NCBI RefSeq assembly: GCF_964355755.1
Contig: NC_092673.1
Location: 34,345,648-34,409,647 of the forward strand
DNA: 64,000 nucleotides
Origin: Antedon mediterranea
Lineage: Eukaryota > Animalia > Echinodermata
Reading direction: 5' to 3'
The first letter of the stretch is position 1, and every line of letters starts with the position of its first letter. The notes beneath the pieces were generated by a model. The model did not search any database and had not been told where the DNA came from. It saw only the letters and a list, made by a program, of their open reading frames with translations. Shown one piece after another: positions 61,762 to 64,000 of this stretch. Both the position numbers and the translations under genes were made by a program.

Positions 61762-64000
61762 TAGTCCAGTAAAATATCACCTTCACCATTGCATAACGTT
61801 AGTAGTCAACGAGATTCTCACCGTAGGTTCTAAACATTATGTAAAGATCATTTATTGATGTTGCGTCGCGTAAAAGTTGGGATTTGTAGAGAAAATGAAG
61901 TTTTTATACGCAGTTTTTGCTTCCTTTCGTCGTGGTTTGTTTTCATCGAAAAATGACGTCATGGGGCATAAGTGAATGACACGCCATTGTCGACATTTGC
62001 GTTCGTATTAAAAAGTGAATTTTAAATGTACGAATATGGTATTAATTATCTGTATTACATTGTATTATTATGTATCACATATATAACAAGTCATTTTGAT
62101 AAAAAATAAGTCAAATAAATATGAAAAACAAAGGAAAATTGTGATTTTTGCATGTCATCTGAAGTGACCTTCCATACAATGTGATAGCGCCCTCTATAAG
62201 TATTGATACACTCGCACTTCAAACTGCAAGCTTTTTGTTGTTATGATTCATTCATTCAGAAATACAATTTAAGGAAGGAATCGAATCAAGGGCATTATTA
62301 CTTGGTTTATTATATATTTATGATGTTTTCCCCAAAAATAATTACTAGTATGTACATTTTGCGAATTGTAGATGTACCGGCGGTATGAAATTAAAAAAAG
62401 CTGTTTACGCGGTCTGTAGCCTAACGATATAATAATAATTATATGTATAAAATAATTGTTACTTTTTTCTGATAAATCAGTATGAATATGTTTACTTAGC
62501 GCTGCTTTAAGCACCCTATTAAAAAGAAAAGAAACAAATTGATTTAAGCCTATTTTTTGTCACGTTTTCGGTAATTAGTTGTCGATCTTCTTCGCTCTCA
62601 CTATCTGATTCGTCACTGTTCTCATCATCCGAGTTAAAGGAGTCGTTCTCAGCAATCGCTCGTTCAATTCTGTTGGAAGAATCTCGCTTTCACACCACAA
62701 AGGCCCCAGCAAATCGTTATCGCCAACGCACCATCCGTTATTGTCTTGGGGTTTCGGCAACTCGTAAAATCGGTGTTAGTGCGAGCCTCCACAGATCCTG
62801 ACTTGATAGTTCGATCATCGTGCGTTGTATATGTTGATGCAAGCATCTACGCGACGGTGGAAAGTTAGCTAATTTTTAAATCAATGTTTTTTTAACACTG
62901 ATTATTCCGGGTTTTTTTTCTTGCATTTCCTGCGAAAAAAGTCAAATCTAAGTTCATCGGTAGGCCTACGCCTTGCTTTCGAACGGAATCCATATAATAA
63001 TAACAGGCACGTGAACTATTCCAGTTCCAACATTAACTCTTCTTCTCCTTTCCAACTTTCTCCTACTTTCTTGAAAACCTCTTCAAATTTTGGATATTTT
63101 TCGACAAGTTTAATGGCCTTTAATTTTCCTTTTCCCTTGAAAGCGCTGGTCGTGCTGCACTTTGTGAACGCATGCAGCCCTAGAATGGCAATACATCGAC
63201 TTGGGGTGATTTCAGTGGTGGCTAAACTGGTGAGATTGGTTATTCGTCGATTCCTGCCACTGCCTGTATCGAATAGGACTTTTGCAATAATGGACGAAAC
63301 AAAATGTAACAATATAAAAAAAAAACATCGCTGTCATATGGATCCCGATCGAAAGCAAGGAGTACCGATGAACTTAGATTTTACTTTCTTCGCAGGAAAT
63401 GCAAGGAAAAAGACGGATAATCAGTGTTAAAAAACATTGATTTAGCTAACTTTCCACCGTCGCGTAGATGCTTGCATCAACATATACGACGCACGATCGA
63501 ACTATCTTGGTCATGATCTGGAAGCTCGCACTAACGCCGATTTAAGAGTTGCCGAAACCCCAAGACAATAACGGATGGTGCGTTGGCGATAACGATTTGC
63601 TGGGGCCTCTTCAAACAGAATCGGATGATGAGAACAGTGACGAATCAGATAGTGAGAGCGAAGAAGACGATTAATTACCGAAAACGTGACAAAAAGTAAG
63701 CTTAAATCAATTTGTTTCTTTTTTTTTAAATATGGTGCTTAAAGCAGCGTTAAGTAAACATTATTATTCATACTGATCTATCAGAAAAAAGTAACAATTA
63801 TTTTATACATATAATTATTATTATATCGTTAGGCTACAGACCGCATAAACAGCTTTTTTTAATTTCATACCGCCGGTACATCTACAATTCGCAAAATGTA
63901 GTAATTATTTTTGGGGAAAACATCATAAATATATAGTAAACCAAGTAATAATGCCCTTGATTCGATTCCTTCCTTAAATTGTATTTCTGAATGAATGAAT
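61762..64000. mobile_element. Palindromic AcademX-derived element (right arm runs off the window; left boundary inferred)
   Basis: 62246-62995 is the reverse complement of 63336-64000; XPG-like coding remnants; candidate terminus TAGTCCAGT at 61762. Confidence 0.7.
62575..63312 (-). pseudogene. Degraded AcademX transposase C-terminal (XPG/H3TH-like) fragment
   Basis: VLFDTGSGRNRR, ILGLHAFTKCSTTSAFKGKGK (cf. HAFTGCDTTSAFxGKGK), ANFPPSRRCLHQHI..NYQV, PKPQDNNGW...PLW...LP; stops and frameshifts present. Confidence 0.7.

Noticed and set aside
62921-63430. 169-aa plus-strand ORF
   Set aside because: Antisense shadow of the Academ transposase remnant

Overview
AT-rich, intron-rich animal genomic DNA; the repeat repertoire suggests an invertebrate deuterostome such as an echinoderm (inference). 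Two protein-coding genes lie head-to-head. SMYD5 is on the minus strand with 7 exons visible (3166 to 146) and continues off the left edge. A complete 14-coding-exon ALDH18A1/P5CS is on the plus strand (7554-39887, 797 aa). A degraded type-II-membrane sulfotransferase-like (CHST15-like) pseudogene may lie at about 49.1-52.6 kb on the minus strand. The rest is mobile DNA and tandem repeats: a foldback element with a 6-bp TSD, a Helentron/HINE tandem nested in an A-B-A direct-repeat element, 5S+tRNA-headed Deu-domain-like SINEs, a solo LTR carrying heat-shock elements, several MITE families, LINE fragments, 18/49/50-bp minisatellites, a 3.6-kb array of a 40-bp self-complementary E-box unit, and a palindromic AcademX-derived element running off the right edge. 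Most notable are the tandem splice sites at the junction that sets ornithine sensitivity in mammalian P5CS, the palindromic Academ, the 40-bp hairpin array, and internal evidence that TACAGTA/TAGGCCTA words are transposon excision footprints. All calls are by eye; no database searches were run.
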